64,000 nucleotides of DNA from Spongospora subterranea f. sp. subterranea (GCA_049724395.1 JAUGWO010000139.1:1-64000), one strand, 5' to 3'; shown: positions 34,950 to 49,061, numbered from the stretch's first letter. Numbers and translations are program-made. The notes: a model not told the origin generated them from the sequence alone.

Positions 34950-37853
34950 ATCGATACCAAGTTAGCAGCGACTTGCGGGCGCCACGTTGTCAGCTTGGCC
35001 AAGGTGGGTTGATCGGAAGATTGTGACCTCTACCTGTTCACTATCTGTACACTTGCGTACTGTGTGCGGGTTGCGCTGCGCAGTGACTCATTGTCAGTGT
35101 GGACTGTCTGTGGATCGGCGGCCGGTTCAGAGATTGCACATCATTATTATTGGGGAGCGGTTCTATACACGACATCAGTTGAGGCGTCGGGCGTTTCGTA
35201 CCAACACTGTTTTGACTCAACATCATGGTGGCACTGGACTGCTCGGATTTCGACATGGCTACAGATCGTATACCGCAGCTCGTCAACGGACGGCGCCGGA
35301 TTGGGCGTCACAGTTTCCGAAGGAATGGGGGCAATTTCATGAATTTTGACCCACGAGTCATCGTCCTGACATTATACCTCGACCATGGACCAGTTCCGCA
35401 TCCGACACCTGCACAGTTTCCAACGCCTTCGTCATGGTCGGTTGCGATTTCTGGTTTTTTATTTTTCGAATCCATTACTTATTGCTTCCATGGTTGCGTC
35501 TGATAGATATTAATTCTGCCGATTGGCGCAAGATGGTTGGCGATTGAGAACACTACCCGGGATTTTGTTGTACCTATTCGTTCGTAATTTAATTTTTGCC
35601 TAAACAACTTATTCTATGTAGAATTCCTGGGTCTTACATGTTTACGGGATATCGAAATGAACGGGACATTCCATGTTTGCCTCAGTATAGACGCCAGCTG
35701 TCTCAAAAACCATATCGCCGATACTGGGTTTTCATTATCCTCAATCACCGCCACATAAGCCGAACTGCACTTATTTTTGGTCAGCTGCATTGATGTCCCA
35801 ATCTCTTTGTGTGATCGTGGGAGAAAACTGTCTTACGCGTGGGTTTGTTGCCAAATAATTATTTTATCGTCACTATAGAGATCTGGAGCATGAACAGGGA
35901 TAACCCCATACGATTTGGATTCTTTACTTAGCAAGTTCTGCGGCAGGCCCAATGGTTGTCCACCCTCACTGTATCGGCATTGCAGCTGGAAATCCCTCTG
36001 GACCGTTTTGGCGATCTGTGTTTGGCGCTCTGTGCGGCTGGTGGAATTGCCCTCTGGAGTGTAGAATGCCGATATCCAGACGTCGGCTTCCCCGATCAAC
36101 CCCTGAATCATCCACCCATACATTTCGTGATCAGATGGCGAAATGGCGACAGTCACACAGCGACCATTTCATATCGGGGCCGTTTTTGAATTCACTTCAG
36201 TCTAGGGCTTGTTAACGCGCTCGGTTTAGAAACGCCATAGAATATTGTATATCGAGGAAGATCCGGATAATTCCTGTTAATTTTGACTCATCTTGTAATA
36301 AACTTATCACTAAACCGACGTGGAATTTTGGGGTGGGATTGTTTGAGCCACATCATAGACAGGCTTGATAGGCCATGTATGTCCTGGAACATTACTGATA
36401 CACATTTTCATTGGTTCTTGTTAGCTCGTGCTGGCCCAAGAACGAAGTTACCTGTAGGGTCAAGACTTGTGGGTTTCACATAAAACACAGCTCATCCAGA
36501 GCCGCCGAGAAGCTGGACGACGGAAGCGGACGGTAGTGGTATGGAACTGGACCTTGTCAACAATCGAACGGATATATACATCAACGAATATTGGCGGGAA
36601 ACTCGTTGAAAGAAATGGTTACACATTCGGTCGGGTGTCGCACCAGGTGTGTTTTCATGTGATAAAATCTCGGTTCCATCAGCCGCATATCCCAAGATAA
36701 CGCGTCTCCTGAACCCCTTCGCCTCTCTGAACAACCGTGAATGATTATCTCAACGTGTCGTTTCCCCTCCATGATTCTACATCATCGTTTCAATCTGCGG
36801 GGGAGTTTGCCAAACGTTCGGCCTGTACGAGACTGGGGTTGTTTCACGTCCATTATTCAGAAACAAAATCATGATGTTGTTTGCGTTGATGCCGCCTTGG
36901 GTAAGGATTTCAACGAACAAAATATCGGACGCGCAGCGGGGAGACACGTCACTGGAAACCAATCATTTCAGCTGCCTGAGACAATAGCTGAAAACGTAAA
37001 ACATGCTGGATACGATCTCAGAACTACCCAGCTAAATCTGAGTAACTACTTTTGCAGAAAGGGGATCACCGGCAAACAATGACTGGCCAATTTATAACTC
37101 TGCAGATGGGCACTGGCGATTTTGCCAGAATTTTCTTCTCAGTCTATGTCAACAAACGACAAGGGCTCCACCAACTACGTTGTTCTGCAGAACCTCGATC
37201 CGTATAAGCAACACCTGGGTGCAACTTCGAACACAGCTGTGGGAACATTCAAAAATATCGTCTGGTGTTGAGATTTCCCAATACGTCGAGAACCTGTTTT
37301 TTTCCACATGATCAGACAAACAAATACAGGAGCCGGTTCATTAACACTTTGAACACACCTGCAGCGTCTCGCTTTGTCGAAGGGCGTCCGCCAGACATGA
37401 TATTCCATCATTGCAAATCGAACAATCGTACAGAGATAGGCTGGCCAATGACCTATTGGACAAGAGCATTTTGGAAATGGCTTTGGCTCCAACGTCCCCT
37501 ATCAAATTCCGACGCAGGTTCAGGTCCGTCAACGTCTGATTGTGCTCTAGCGCCATTGAAATGTCAATGGCGGATCGGTCCCCTAGAAAATTCCTGCCAA
37601 GATCCAGCCGACGAATGGATGGAGTTTGGCGAATCACGTTGGCGATCATTCGGCCCATCGGGTCATCGAGGGAACAACCGCATAAGAACAGGGATTGAAT
37701 CGATGCGTTGGAACTGAGCGTCGAACACAGACGCCGAACAAACGCGATCGGCAATCTGTATCGCAGTCGTAAAACTGTCACCTCAGGCGACGAATGGGCA
37801 ATCAGCTCAAGGGTCTGAACGGCCTCATCTTCCGATATCATTTTGTAGTTCAT
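34950..37853 (-). CDS. RNI-like leucine-rich-repeat protein with uncharacterised C-terminal exons
   Basis: LDLGRNFLGDRSA, LNLRRNLIGDVGAKAI and LSLYDCSICNDG; start MNYKM at 37853. The 3' extent is uncertain and could be two genes. Confidence 0.7.
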
Positions 37854-37908
37854 ATCGACAAACTGAAAATATCTTCGAAGAGACTTGCAAAAGATAAAAT
37901 ATCGGGCT

Positions 37909-39483
37909 TTATTGTTTGGCGACCGCTTCCTGGGAACAGACTTCGTAGAGTTTACTGGCGACATTTGCCCATCGATCCCGCTCGCGGATGGCGTTTTCCA
38001 GCTCCAGAGCTTGCGTTGCCAGCTTCGCTTGGATATCATCAACACCAGATATGAATAGAGGGCGCTCCGCTGTGGGTCGTTGACCGCCCTGGACAGCGCC
38101 AGTCTGACAACCTGGAACTACAATCGTCTCTTTCCTAAATGAATCATCTGATTGACAAAGAGTTACAATCCAAAGCTAAACACCCAAAAAGAATGCACCG
38201 GTGTTTACCTGGCGACTGAAGTTTTAGGAAATCTTGAGCGACTACCCCCTTCGTCAAAACGTCGTTGCCAATAAAATTAGTAGATGGGCTCTGGAACCCA
38301 CATAATCGATATTGTGGCCTGGGTTGGGACGCGTTTCGTAAAGTGTGGAGGCATCGGCCAGAGATCAGATCCCATAGCTTCACAGTTCCATCACAACCGG
38401 AGGAACATATCTGGGAGGCGTCGAAACTAAGGGCCAATGAGGTGGCGCCTGCAGAGTGCGCCGACACACCATCGAATGGGGTGGAGATTTGGGACGATTC
38501 CGCTAAGGATGACGCAGAATGAATTAATCGAGTTTCGATGAATGCGCCCGTCTATCGTCGCTGAACAGAAGAACGCCTGAGCGGGATCGACTACAATAGC
38601 GGTGATCGCGCTATCGAATTCGAAAACGAAGTCAGGTTGTGCACGACCGACACTCCATAATCCTGGGAAAGTTTGAATTGATAGAAAACGCCAAACGCAA
38701 CACGTAAATCTTACGACAAGTTCGATCGGCGGATCCTGTCAAGAACCGATGACCGGACGGGAACGCAACGATGGTGTTGATTGGAAGGCGATGATCGGAC
38801 CATTGAGATACAGGAGCGGGCGGGTTCCGATTGGCAATGCATTCGCTAAGGTTATAGACGACGGTTATCGCGTCCAACGACACGGAACCAATGAACGCGT
38901 CATCGCTGGAGAACGCGATAGATGTGACCGCTTTAAGATGGGGGCGAACTGCGGCGTGTAGAACGCCGGTCTCGATCGACCAGATATGGATATGGCCAGA
39001 AGTAGAGCCAACCGCAACCCAGAGTCCGTTGTGAGAGAACGACAGCGACGCGGGCATTTCAAAAAGAGAGCAAAGCAGCTTCTCCTGCATTGTCCTCATA
39101 TCGAAGATCAACAGCGATCGTCTGTCTTTTGGGCAGACTCCGACATAGGTATGGCAACGATTCACGACGAATATCGAGAACAGTTCGGCGTTCCAGTCCT
39201 TGCGTGACTTGGAGGCGGTGATGGTATTTGTGTGTCGGAGACTCCCCGATACGGCGTCCCATTGGTCGATAGCACCGCACGATGATAACCCATATATCAA
39301 GTTCATCGCCCAGATATCACGCAGAGCGGCCAATATATTCCAGACCTGTTCCCAGGGGAAACGCAGACAGTTGTTGCTCCAGTCACCTTTAGCCGGTAAC
39401 GTCAACTCCTGCGACAGAAGTCCGTACGGCAAACAATTCCCGTTACATGTCATCTCATGGATCGAGAAGAAGTTCTTGGCCAT
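37909..39483 (-). CDS. WDR18: WD40 protein, WDR18/Ipi3-like
   Basis: GSTSGHIHIWSIETGVL, HLKAVTSIAFSSDD, WSDHRLPINTI, TGSADRTC and SSGCDGTVKLWD, with C-terminal coiled coil ...ERDRWANVASKLY. The true start may be the Met near 39306. Confidence 0.8.
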
Positions 39484-39787
39484 GGGAACTACAATCGCGC
39501 CGAGATCGACTTGAGACGATCAGAAAAATTTGGTGAATAGAGGTTTACCGACACCGGTTGCTTTCCTCAACGACCGACAGCGTTCATCTCCTTCTGCACC
39601 CGATGCCAGTTGGATTGCACTAAAGCAGGCCGGTTCGGCCGCGTCCATTAAAAAACAATACCGTTCGATTTGTTGAATGTTCAGAAACAAGCTCCGGTAG
39701 TTTATTTTCCCCATGCAAGATAGCTGTTATCTAACGACCTAGGACTGTGCGATAATGCACGAAGAATTCTTGTTCATAAATACGTAT

Positions 39788-40597
39788 TTACAACCAAGCC
39801 GGCGGGTTGACGGGTATTCGGATCAGGTCGGTATCGAATAGTTCAATGAACTGTTCGTTCATCAAACGCACCTAGAATGGTGATGAAAAAATGATGCATT
39901 GACAAACGCGCCATCTGTACTGGACCTTATTACCGGCATATCGACGATATTCCTCAAATATCGACGCCAGATTCCACCTGAACCGACCAGCTGAGTCCGG
40001 CAAGAAATCATCACTGTAGGAAACGCACCGTTGGACTTTCCTTAAACATCCCAGAACCGTTCCGGTCCGGTGGCGGCCAAGATGGCACATCACTAGAAGA
40101 GGGTAGCTGTTCACGTCCAGAATCCGATCTAGAACGGCCAGAACCACTTCTTCAGACCTGAAACCCTCGATTACCACCAGCTAATCTGCGATCGGATACA
40201 ACGCAAATCGTACACGGTTTTCCAGGGAATTTTGGTCCCTTCTCGACCTAGATGTAGAAATGTAATATCTTGATCATCGACGAAATTCAACCTACATTAG
40301 ACGGTGTGAACAGGAAGAATCGTGTGGATGTGATTGTGCCTACAGCAAACGGGACGGCTGATCAGGAGCTAGATATATTATCGTCTTTAGCTGAAGCCGT
40401 TCCAGGAATGGTAAATTCAAGTCATTCGGCTCTCCAGATCGATATAAGTTCTCAGCGACCAGTCCTATACAATGAAATAAGCCAAAGACACAATAAAGAG
40501 GAATCGTGTCGGGTATTGCAGAACGAAACGGCCAGTAAAAAGAGCAGTGTTCAAGTTCCGGACCGAAATTCTGTGGCGGTATGTAGGAAAACGGCAT
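39788..40597 (-). CDS. OCA1/Siw14-family atypical dual-specificity phosphatase
   Basis: YIPPQNFG/LVAENLYRSGEP, CHLGRHRTG (CX5R), WNLASIFEEYRRYAG and NEQFIELFD; several short introns. Confidence 0.9.
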
Positions 40598-41593
40598 GTT
40601 ATTCTGGCAACACAGACAACAGGAGAATCAGCGATGGCTCTCCAATCTGTAGCTGATCTCACTGAAAACGGCCGCTAACGGCTAGTGTAATAATCAAATT
40701 AAACCGCCGCTCAGGAGTCCAAAGCCTTTTCCGTATAATAAATAGATCCTACGCGCATTTGTTATGAGAGAACACATAAATATGTAATTCTGATCAAATT
40801 CTGTCGTGATTTATTAGGTCATTAGGAAACGAATTGAGCGAATAATCGGCATTCTTGAGTTTGAATTGGGTAAGGTGTTCCTGCCAAGTGGACTACAGGT
40901 GCATTGTCGCGGCGCTTTTATTTGTTCTTGATGGTACTGACGATGGCAACAATCCATCGCTTCTGTCGCTGAGGATGCGCCTTGCAAAGAGACATCTGCT
41001 GAAGTATTTTTACAGAATATTATTACTAAAGTCACCCGTCAATAAAAGGGTTTGCCTGCAAACCAACATTGAACAAAGATACGCGATCTGCATTTGCAAC
41101 AAGACGGCGAAAAAATTCAGTATTTTCAAATTCTTTATTACCCCGCGCAATAACATGGATCGATAGCCCATATTAATTGATGATCGTGAGCCAACTTCTT
41201 CATTTCGTCTACACCTTCCCAGTGGGCACCACCAACGATCTGTCCCCAATAAACCTTGCCAAACCAAAATTACTGGCCCCGAATCAAAAACAGGCGATGT
41301 TCGAAAATGGACCAATTTCGCGCGTTTTGTGCGCTCGATGTCGTTCACCGTCTGGTAACAGGTCATTTCTGTATCGTGTCGTAACGCCATCAGAAAATGG
41401 CAATGAAAGTCCGCGCGCAGTATATGATCGGTCCCAAAGACGTTATAGGGGGTGATGAGAGTTCGAGTCGGCCGAATCGCCACTACTCGGCAGTGTTAAT
41501 CTATCGGTCCCGGTTGAGGGGTATATACTCCTGACTGCTCTCAAAAATACGCATCGCGATATCATCTCTGACCGGCCCGAGCGCCTGGTTGGG

Positions 41594-42649
41594 ATGGAAA
41601 AGCTCTGGGGCGACGTCCTGTATCTGCTGAAACAGGGCGGGATCGAGCATGTTTCGCTGCGATTCGTGGACGCTAGGGGCGCGCTCGTCGAGCGGCACAC
41701 GTTCATCAGCCACATCGATAGCGAGTCGTATCTCAAAGGGATTCAGATTGAATCAGGTGAACTTGTTTATCCGAACCCGACCACGGCGATCCTAAATCCG
41801 TTCTTACCGAACCCGACAATCTCGTTCATTTGCGACATCACCAAACGGCCATTTGATCCGGTTCTTTCGACGGATGCGTACGCATACGCAAAAGTCCCAG
41901 CGATATTTCCAGTGATCGTGGCTGGCCGCCCAACATCCGGTCAAATCGAATCGTCGGAATCGAATGTTTCTGTGGCATCCGTCTGCCCTGCATTATGTAT
42001 GACGACAGAGTCTGAAGCTCCTCCTCAAACAGTGGCATCAGATGACGGTCTATCGCAACCTGAACGTTCATATCGGGGCACATCGTGCCATCAATGTAAA
42101 AATGCTCGTAGTTTGGATCACCTGGCGTTCTGCTCCAATTTATTTAATCGACGGTCTCGACAAGACAAACGACATTGCCGAAAAAAGTATTGCGATGGAT
42201 GCTTATCAAAATGTTATGGCGATTCTATAGCTAATTCGAAACGTTCTGGATGGATCTGCCCATCCTGTTCCGGCATTTGCAGGTGTGCTGCCTGTACTAG
42301 GATTCGCAAAAAGACCAAGGCAGAAGCGTTTTCTTCGTTATCACTTTCAGGAGAAAATGAGGCTACAACTAATTTATCGTCGGGCGGTGAACCATCATTG
42401 CCGGACGCTGCGTCAGGTGAAAAGGTGACGAAATTTGTTGACGAGATTCTGGTGTCCGATGGGTTCAGCAAATCAATTCGGTCACCGATGTCGAGGCGAT
42501 TAAACGGCAATGGCCAAGGGCTACAAGTCGACAGTCGAGTGAAATCAAATGAGAAAGGGGGAAGAAAAATAAATGGCACTGATGAAGGTTACAAGTCGCA
42601 AGTTGCTCTAGGATATAGCATCAATTTGTCGCAAGAATTGTCGATTTGA
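41594..42649 (+). CDS. zf-4CXXC_R1 (CDCA7/JMJD-type) zinc-finger protein with a glutamine-synthetase-N-like N-terminus
   Basis: TSCHQCK..C..C.KKYCDGCL..CYG..WICPSCSGICRCAAC. The N-terminal 82 aa resemble the GlnA beta-grasp domain. Confidence 0.8.
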   Translation: MEKLWGDVLYLLKQGGIEHVSLRFVDARGALVERHTFISHIDSESYLKGIQIESGELVYPNPTTAILNPFLPNPTISFICDITKRPFDPVLSTDAYAYAKVPAIFPVIVAGRPTSGQIESSESNVSVASVCPALCMTTESEAPPQTVASDDGLSQPERSYRGTSCHQCKNARSLDHLAFCSNLFNRRSRQDKRHCRKKYCDGCLSKCYGDSIANSKRSGWICPSCSGICRCAACTRIRKKTKAEAFSSLSLSGENEATTNLSSGGEPSLPDAASGEKVTKFVDEILVSDGFSKSIRSPMSRRLNGNGQGLQVDSRVKSNEKGGRKINGTDEGYKSQVALGYSINLSQELSI

Positions 42650-42762
42650 TCAATAATCAGCCAAAAAAAAATTCGAAAGTAAATAAACATATATCTATGT
42701 TAAGTCAAGATGAATGAAAGCGGGTGACGTACTGTACTGAAAGAATAATATTCGGTATAGAG

Positions 42763-44228
42763 TTAAGTTATTTTACAGATGTTCGAATAGGGAAATCCAG
42801 ATATCGCGGTTTGATTGAAACGGACAGTAGCAGAGAAGTCATCTTGTTCAAGGGACACCAGTGTTCCAACTCTCCCTCGCTGATGATCACCCAGAACGAC
42901 GGCGATCTTGCCACCGATGGCTGGAATAACCGTCTCTAGTTCACTCTGATCGATTCTGATGATCGGTTGGGGATCGTCAAGCATCTTTACTCTAGCAAAT
43001 GACCCGTCAAGGACCTCTAGTACTTCTCCTTTCTGAATAGAATCATCAGCTTCGGGGTTCAAGACATGAGAAGATATTATTACCGACTTTACGAAAGAAC
43101 TCGCCATCTTTGAGTCTCTTATTGAGCACTTTGACTATTAATCCCTGTGTAACCCAGACTTCCAATCGGGGCTGCTTCGCTTTGATTGATTCCATCAAGG
43201 TTTCGACGGCTGAGCGTTTATGGCGATCAGCTTTTGTAGACGAAGTCCCGGAAAAACTTTGTTTTTCAGCAAAAATGTCGGGGGCAAGTTCTGCAATGAC
43301 AGATATTGAGTACAAGATGGTCATCGTGCATCGGAAAACACCCTACTCTGAGTCGGTGTAGATTCGGATGAAGAAAGACCAAACCCGATTTTTGAGTCGG
43401 AATCCGTTCTAACAAGTTCTGTAGGTGACGTCAGCGTGCCCAGTTCAGCTTCTAAGAGTCCTGCCTGCTCGATTTGTTTTGCGATCATCCTGTCCTTGAG
43501 TTGAACGTCATCTAACGCAATCTTCTGGTTACGCTCCTCTGCTTTTTGCTTGGCAACAGCCTGAAATCAACCATGATCAGTGTTTAGCCACCAACCACTC
43601 ATCCGCAGATAAAACCTCTGGATCTCGGTCTATGTACTTGACAAACCAGCCCCTCGGGGTCTCATCAACTTCAGCTTGTCCTGTTCTGCCCAAATACTGT
43701 ATAAAACTGGAAAGGCTTTCCCATTGTGTCGCTTTCATGTGAATATGATGACGTTCGGCGATATACTCTTGATAGATTGAGTTCGCAAGAATACGAGACC
43801 GACCTCTACAATTAAAGGAGAACTTAAGGAAAATTGTACTTGAACCATCATTACAGCCACCTTATTCTTAAAATGCTCACAAATCTACGTTCAAATGTCC
43901 TGGAAAAATCACTCATCATCTGCTGTGGACGCTCTCGAAATAAGGCCATTTGGCGAAGATGGGCTTCGGACATGCAGTGGCACTAATGGGAAAGCAGTCC
44001 TGAATGGCTATTCGAGAAAGCGAAATGTGCCATTCTACCTTGAATCCATTCTCATCACGACAAGACTTTTCACACATCTGGCAGTACCATCGTAATTTTT
44101 GCAGACCTTTCGCCTGCGATGATACGGTTCATACATCAGCGGGGGTGAACGACATCAGGGTGCCCGACCTTAATCCGGTTAGATATGGCCTTGGGGGTCA
44201 TGAACCCGCCATCCCCTCCTCGACCCAT
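42763..44228 (-). CDS. KIN17: DNA/RNA-binding protein KIN17
   Basis: FMTPKAISNRIK/AKGLQKLRWYCQMCEKSCRDENGFK, HIHMKATQW, VDETPRGWF and C-terminal KOW-like ELETVIP. Confidence 0.95.
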
Positions 44229-44689
44229 CCGAAAATACTACTGATCCCGTTTCCCTCCTCTCCTCAGGGCGATCAGTTTTGCGAAGCGCCGAGATTACCG
44301 TGGTTTGAGAATCTACCGACAACGAGGCCGCGCCGCGCGGTATTGTTCGCAATTCAAAATTGCACTTTGGCCCCGGCTAATGACTTGAAAAAAAAAGGGG
44401 CGAACGCTTTGATGGTAGTAGATATCTGTAGGGCCGCAATATAGGGAGAATACACATTGGGCCTCGCTGGATAATTACATTCCGCAACTCATTATGGAGA
44501 GTACTGCCCCAATCGTTTTTGAAATAGGTTTAGAACTATTTGCCCAGCATCGCCAAATTATTACGCAAAGTGGTCGGACCACTGAAAAGCGTTCTCGAAA
44601 TCGGTGGTAGTTTGTTCATCGAAATGCATCATGCTACTTGAGATTTTCCAATTTGCCAAAGTAGCATAATGTATTTTGACTGCACAACA

Positions 44690-47065
44690 ATTCCTGTTAT
44701 ACAACAACATCGGCTGTGTTGTCGCCATGAACTTCGTTGCGGACATGGTCACATTAACATGATGTGAAATCTTTCTGTAACTATTGATGTATCGATAGCA
44801 GCAGTGACTCCTTTGATATCAAAACGACAAACCAGTCGCTATTTCAGAGTGACCTTAAGTTCAACTCATTGAGTGGCGACGGTTGCTCATTTGAGCCGAT
44901 GGAAAAATAAATGAATGCTACAGGAACTGGCACAATGTCTGAGCCGTTGGGTTTGAAAATTTTGCAAAACGGAGCCTGATATCGTCATCGATGCGTGGCA
45001 TTTCATCACGGTTTCCTTGGTCGACGTTTCGGTAGAACTCGTCATGTTTGCGTCTTAGGCGCTTTGATGGCCTTGCTCTTTGCCAAGCGGCCACTGGCTG
45101 TCGCTCACAGCGGCATCTGATCATCACATGTTATTAAAATTCGCATGTTCTTATCTCGTTGCAAACAGCTTGCCATTGTACAGGAACTGATGCTGGGCCG
45201 AGAAAAAATCGCCCAGTGCAGGCTTGACAGACGTATATGTATGGCGACAAGGCACATACGTTCAGGGCAAGTGAGTGGTGAGACACGTGTTCTGAATTTC
45301 TTATATAAAATTGCTACGCGAACGAAACACCTGTGACCAAGGCTGGACAAATAAGACCGGATGGTGGATTGAGACAGTTTAATTTAAGGCATTCGACATG
45401 ACATCATTCGTTGTCTGCGGGAAGATTCGAACCAGAATCAACGGAAACGGTCAAAATCTTTAGTTTTTGTTAGAATCTCAGAAAATGCTTTGTGCACACG
45501 AAACTTACGTTGAGTTTGGAAGTTATTATCATGATCGAGTTTTGTGGTACTTCCATCTAATAGAACGAATTAGAAAAACATTCTAAAATGTGGTGAAAAA
45601 TACCCAATCTTCCGCTACGGAAGTTAGACGTTCAGATGCAACTATTACAACCTCCTACATAATAGTCAAGTGTCTAAGAAAGACAAATAAACGACACAGG
45701 AATACCTCGCGCCGATCCCGCTGTGCCATTGTGAAACCGCCAGTGCTATTACATTTAAAAGTGGTACCAGAACTTGTACCCGTGGATTAGTAGTGAAACG
45801 CATGATAATATCGCTTCAATACCTAAAGTACATCGATGCCGCTTTTTTCGTTTTAGAATCATCGTCAATTACTCTGCTGATAGCAACACATTCCCCATCG
45901 GTAACTACAAACGTAATATCTCACAAAAACGCTGATGGAAAAATGAAACAACAAACCTGCAAAATTCAAATGCGAGTGTTCATTGATGCCACATTCAATG
46001 CGTAATTCCCTTAATCTTCTGATGGTGTTTTTCCTATCACTCAAAGGTTGAATTGTCAGATATAGAAACAACTATATACTAACATTGCATCAAGAAGATG
46101 CTGTGGCAGTACTGGTTGGCTGCTAGAGAAATCGTCGCAAACTTTTCCACAAACGTTCGTACAACGCGAGAGTTCATCCAAGAATACAGCGAAACAGTGT
46201 TCAGAATCGGTCGTTCCTGAGAAAATGTTGCCAAATTCTGAACCAAGAAAGCGTAAACAAAAAACCTTCAATAATCTGGAATGCTTTATCGCCAAGTGAC
46301 GCAACTAGCTTTCGCTTCAACTTGCTAAACTCTGCAATGTGACCTTACAAAAATATGAAAATCAAGTATCGGTACACGATTCGAAACTCTACCATTATGC
46401 ATGAACATGTACCTTCCAGCAACAAACCTGTCGAGGTATTCAAAACGACGAACTAAGTAATCAAATTAATAGATACGGATGGCAATTCGTCTCAGTGATA
46501 GGCGATCCCTGTCCGGCAGCTCTAACGTGGGCAAATATCAAAGAAGAGCTGATTTTAGCACAAAGACGATTGAGATTGCGATTGTTCCAAGCTGGGAGCG
46601 TGGAAGTGAACACGCAAGGAGTCCAGTCAATCTGAGTATCGCCACTTAGTTGGATATGCTTGAGGAGAACAATCGACTATACTTTTGGGGTGTACCACCT
46701 GAAATATTCAACACGTATCAAGTGTCAAGGCCATGATGATACTCCCAGTCAATTACCCAATTCCAAATCCATCCGCATTCAATGCATTCGGCCTGTTCCA
46801 TAGATGAGATAGACCCACATTGCAGAGCTGAATGTTTTCTCACAAGTGTGTCCCTGCATTGCCAATCAGGAAGATGAAATGCGATTAAGCAAACAATACC
46901 TTCCTGTCTTTCACGACACTGGTACGCCTGCTTAATGATTGAATGTTCCGGTCTCGTAATCAAACTAAACATTAATCAGCAAAATTCCGCGGCTAATCAG
47001 AATCGCAACTTCGAAAGAAGGACCGGTTGATGATTCAGTCCTTTATAGACCAGAAGTCTGCACAT
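44690..47065 (-). CDS. Class II glutamine amidotransferase, DUG3/YafJ-like, many short exons
   Basis: Starts MCRLLVYK (N-terminal nucleophile Cys2); LITRPEHSIIKQA, LNADGFGIG, MFMHNG and GTTDSEHCFAVFL. 3' end approximate. Confidence 0.8.
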
Positions 47066-47659
47066 CGCCCAGCGACAGCTCCCTTCAGCAAAATGGGCCT
47101 TTACCAAGGGTCGATTTGCTAGTCAAGTGCAGTCCCTGACCAACGAGTGTACATCCCGAAGGGCGAACGACAGGCAGTGGCGCAGCCCTTCTTGTCACAC
47201 CGTCACTTCACCACGCACTTCCCCAAGGTCTCAATGCTCTCAATCAGGCATTTAAGAGGGGGATCTGAAAGAACACCTGCTGCATTTCGGTGAATTTTTA
47301 GCTATGGCTGTATTTTATTTTCCTGTGTCAGGAGAATCGTGTTTTTTCTGTATATATATTGTTGCAGCGGCCCTTGTTTCGGTGTTGATTGCTAGCAACG
47401 GGCCATCACATACCAAACGCAATAAAATCTGAAGTGGAAGGTGTCCTAACTCAGTACCCATGTGCTATATGAATAATCTCACAGTTCATGTCAATACACC
47501 ATCCATATTTTCCCAGACGCCCACGTTCACGCAGCCCCGTGATAGTGGTGTACACATGTGTAACAGTATTATCCGTACGCACAGATTTACGCTACAGATA
47601 TCGGGTCACTGCCATTGTTGCTGCCAGAAATTTCAGGCAGATTTGGTCATTTCTGCAAA

Positions 47660-49061
47660 ATGAGCTACGGAACTGCAATTCACCCGCTGAAGAATGTCAT
47701 CATTGACTCGGGTCTGGATTCCACGCTGCTGTCGGGGACCGCTCCTTCCGTCGTTGTCGGCGTATATCACGGCACGACAGCGTTTGCCTTGGCTAAGGTA
47801 CCTTGTCCTTTGCCCACAGGATGCCGCTGCCGATGACAGGATCCAGGTTGATATCCCCCAGGGGCCGTTCTCATTAGCTTGGAATTCGGCATTCATTGAA
47901 CAATTATTGATAATGCTTCCCGGTGGAATTGTCCCAGTTGGTGTTTTTTCGGGTGCTGCCGATTTTTCCACGCTGATTGAATTTTTCGCAGAGAAATCCT
48001 CCATCAGGTTTCACCCAGATTTTACATTGAAGCATTTGACTGAGGACTGTATTTCAGATGTCGCCGTCGCAGTGGCCCTGGTGGGACTTCTTCAACTGCA
48101 ATCACAGTGAGAAAGGAACCCTCGTTAGCGAAATCGTTGATGCTGCTCACAACGTCTGTTTTCTTCTCTTTTGATGTCCAAATTGGTGATCCCAATTGTG
48201 TGGAAAAAGCAATTCGAACAATATTAGATAAAGCAGCTCCCGTTCTTTGTGAACCAACTACCAAAGTAGGTGCGTCTGTTGTTCAAGGCAACCTTATCTA
48301 ACCACATATTCAAAAACCAATTTTTTAGAAGCGAGTTCTATCAGCCGAAAACAATGAGTTGGCGTCATACCTATCGAGTGAAGTGACCAACATCGAATTT
48401 CTGTTGTCATCGTTCAAGACCCCCTGCCGACGAGAGAAGGGAATTTGTCTATACGGGAACACAAGTAGGAGTCGCCTACATTTTGCCCAGAGCTACTCTC
48501 TGGGACGGCGTAATTGCGCTGAAATCCGATATCGCAAAAAGGTTTGGTGGTGTATTGTTTTCTTTGGCTAGGAAACTTATTCGTTTGCTAGCGGATCTCA
48601 TAGGTTTCAGTTATGCTTACAAGAAAACCAGGGTTCGAATTCAGTTGTTTCTGAACAGTGAGTTAACACAATGCGTATGCGGTCCTATTTTCATCTTCAT
48701 TTTAGGGAGACGCCTCTCCCGCGGCGAGTAATAATATTTCATCCTGATTCTCAGTTACGAATGAGCGATTACGCATTTCCTGACGAACTAGAAGTTGAAA
48801 TTAACGACCGAATCCAGGCAAATATCCATATCACCTATAGGCCCAATTCTTATCTTGGTCCTCGTTAGGAACTCCTTGGCGTGTCAAATGCATTAAGGAC
48901 TTTTGCAGAAATTTCTGAAAAGTTGCGGCTTCCCGCTCCAGAAAATGTACCTGAACCTCTGCTCAGCTCAACTATTTACATCAATAAGCAATTTTGTCTG
49001 TATAATCATTGCGGCGTTGCCTGTTATCGCCGCTATCGCTTTCATGGCAACTGTAAGTTAA
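47660..49061 (+). CDS. ODR4: ODR-4-like tail-anchored protein
   Basis: MLPGGIVPVGVF, LPRRV..SDYAFPDE and a hydrophobic C-terminus, matching remembered ODR-4 family motifs. Confidence 0.65.

Noticed and set aside
47100..47290. Possible structured RNA (TPP riboswitch, RNase P or MRP) between divergent genes
   Set aside because: The conserved core motifs could not be located on either strand.
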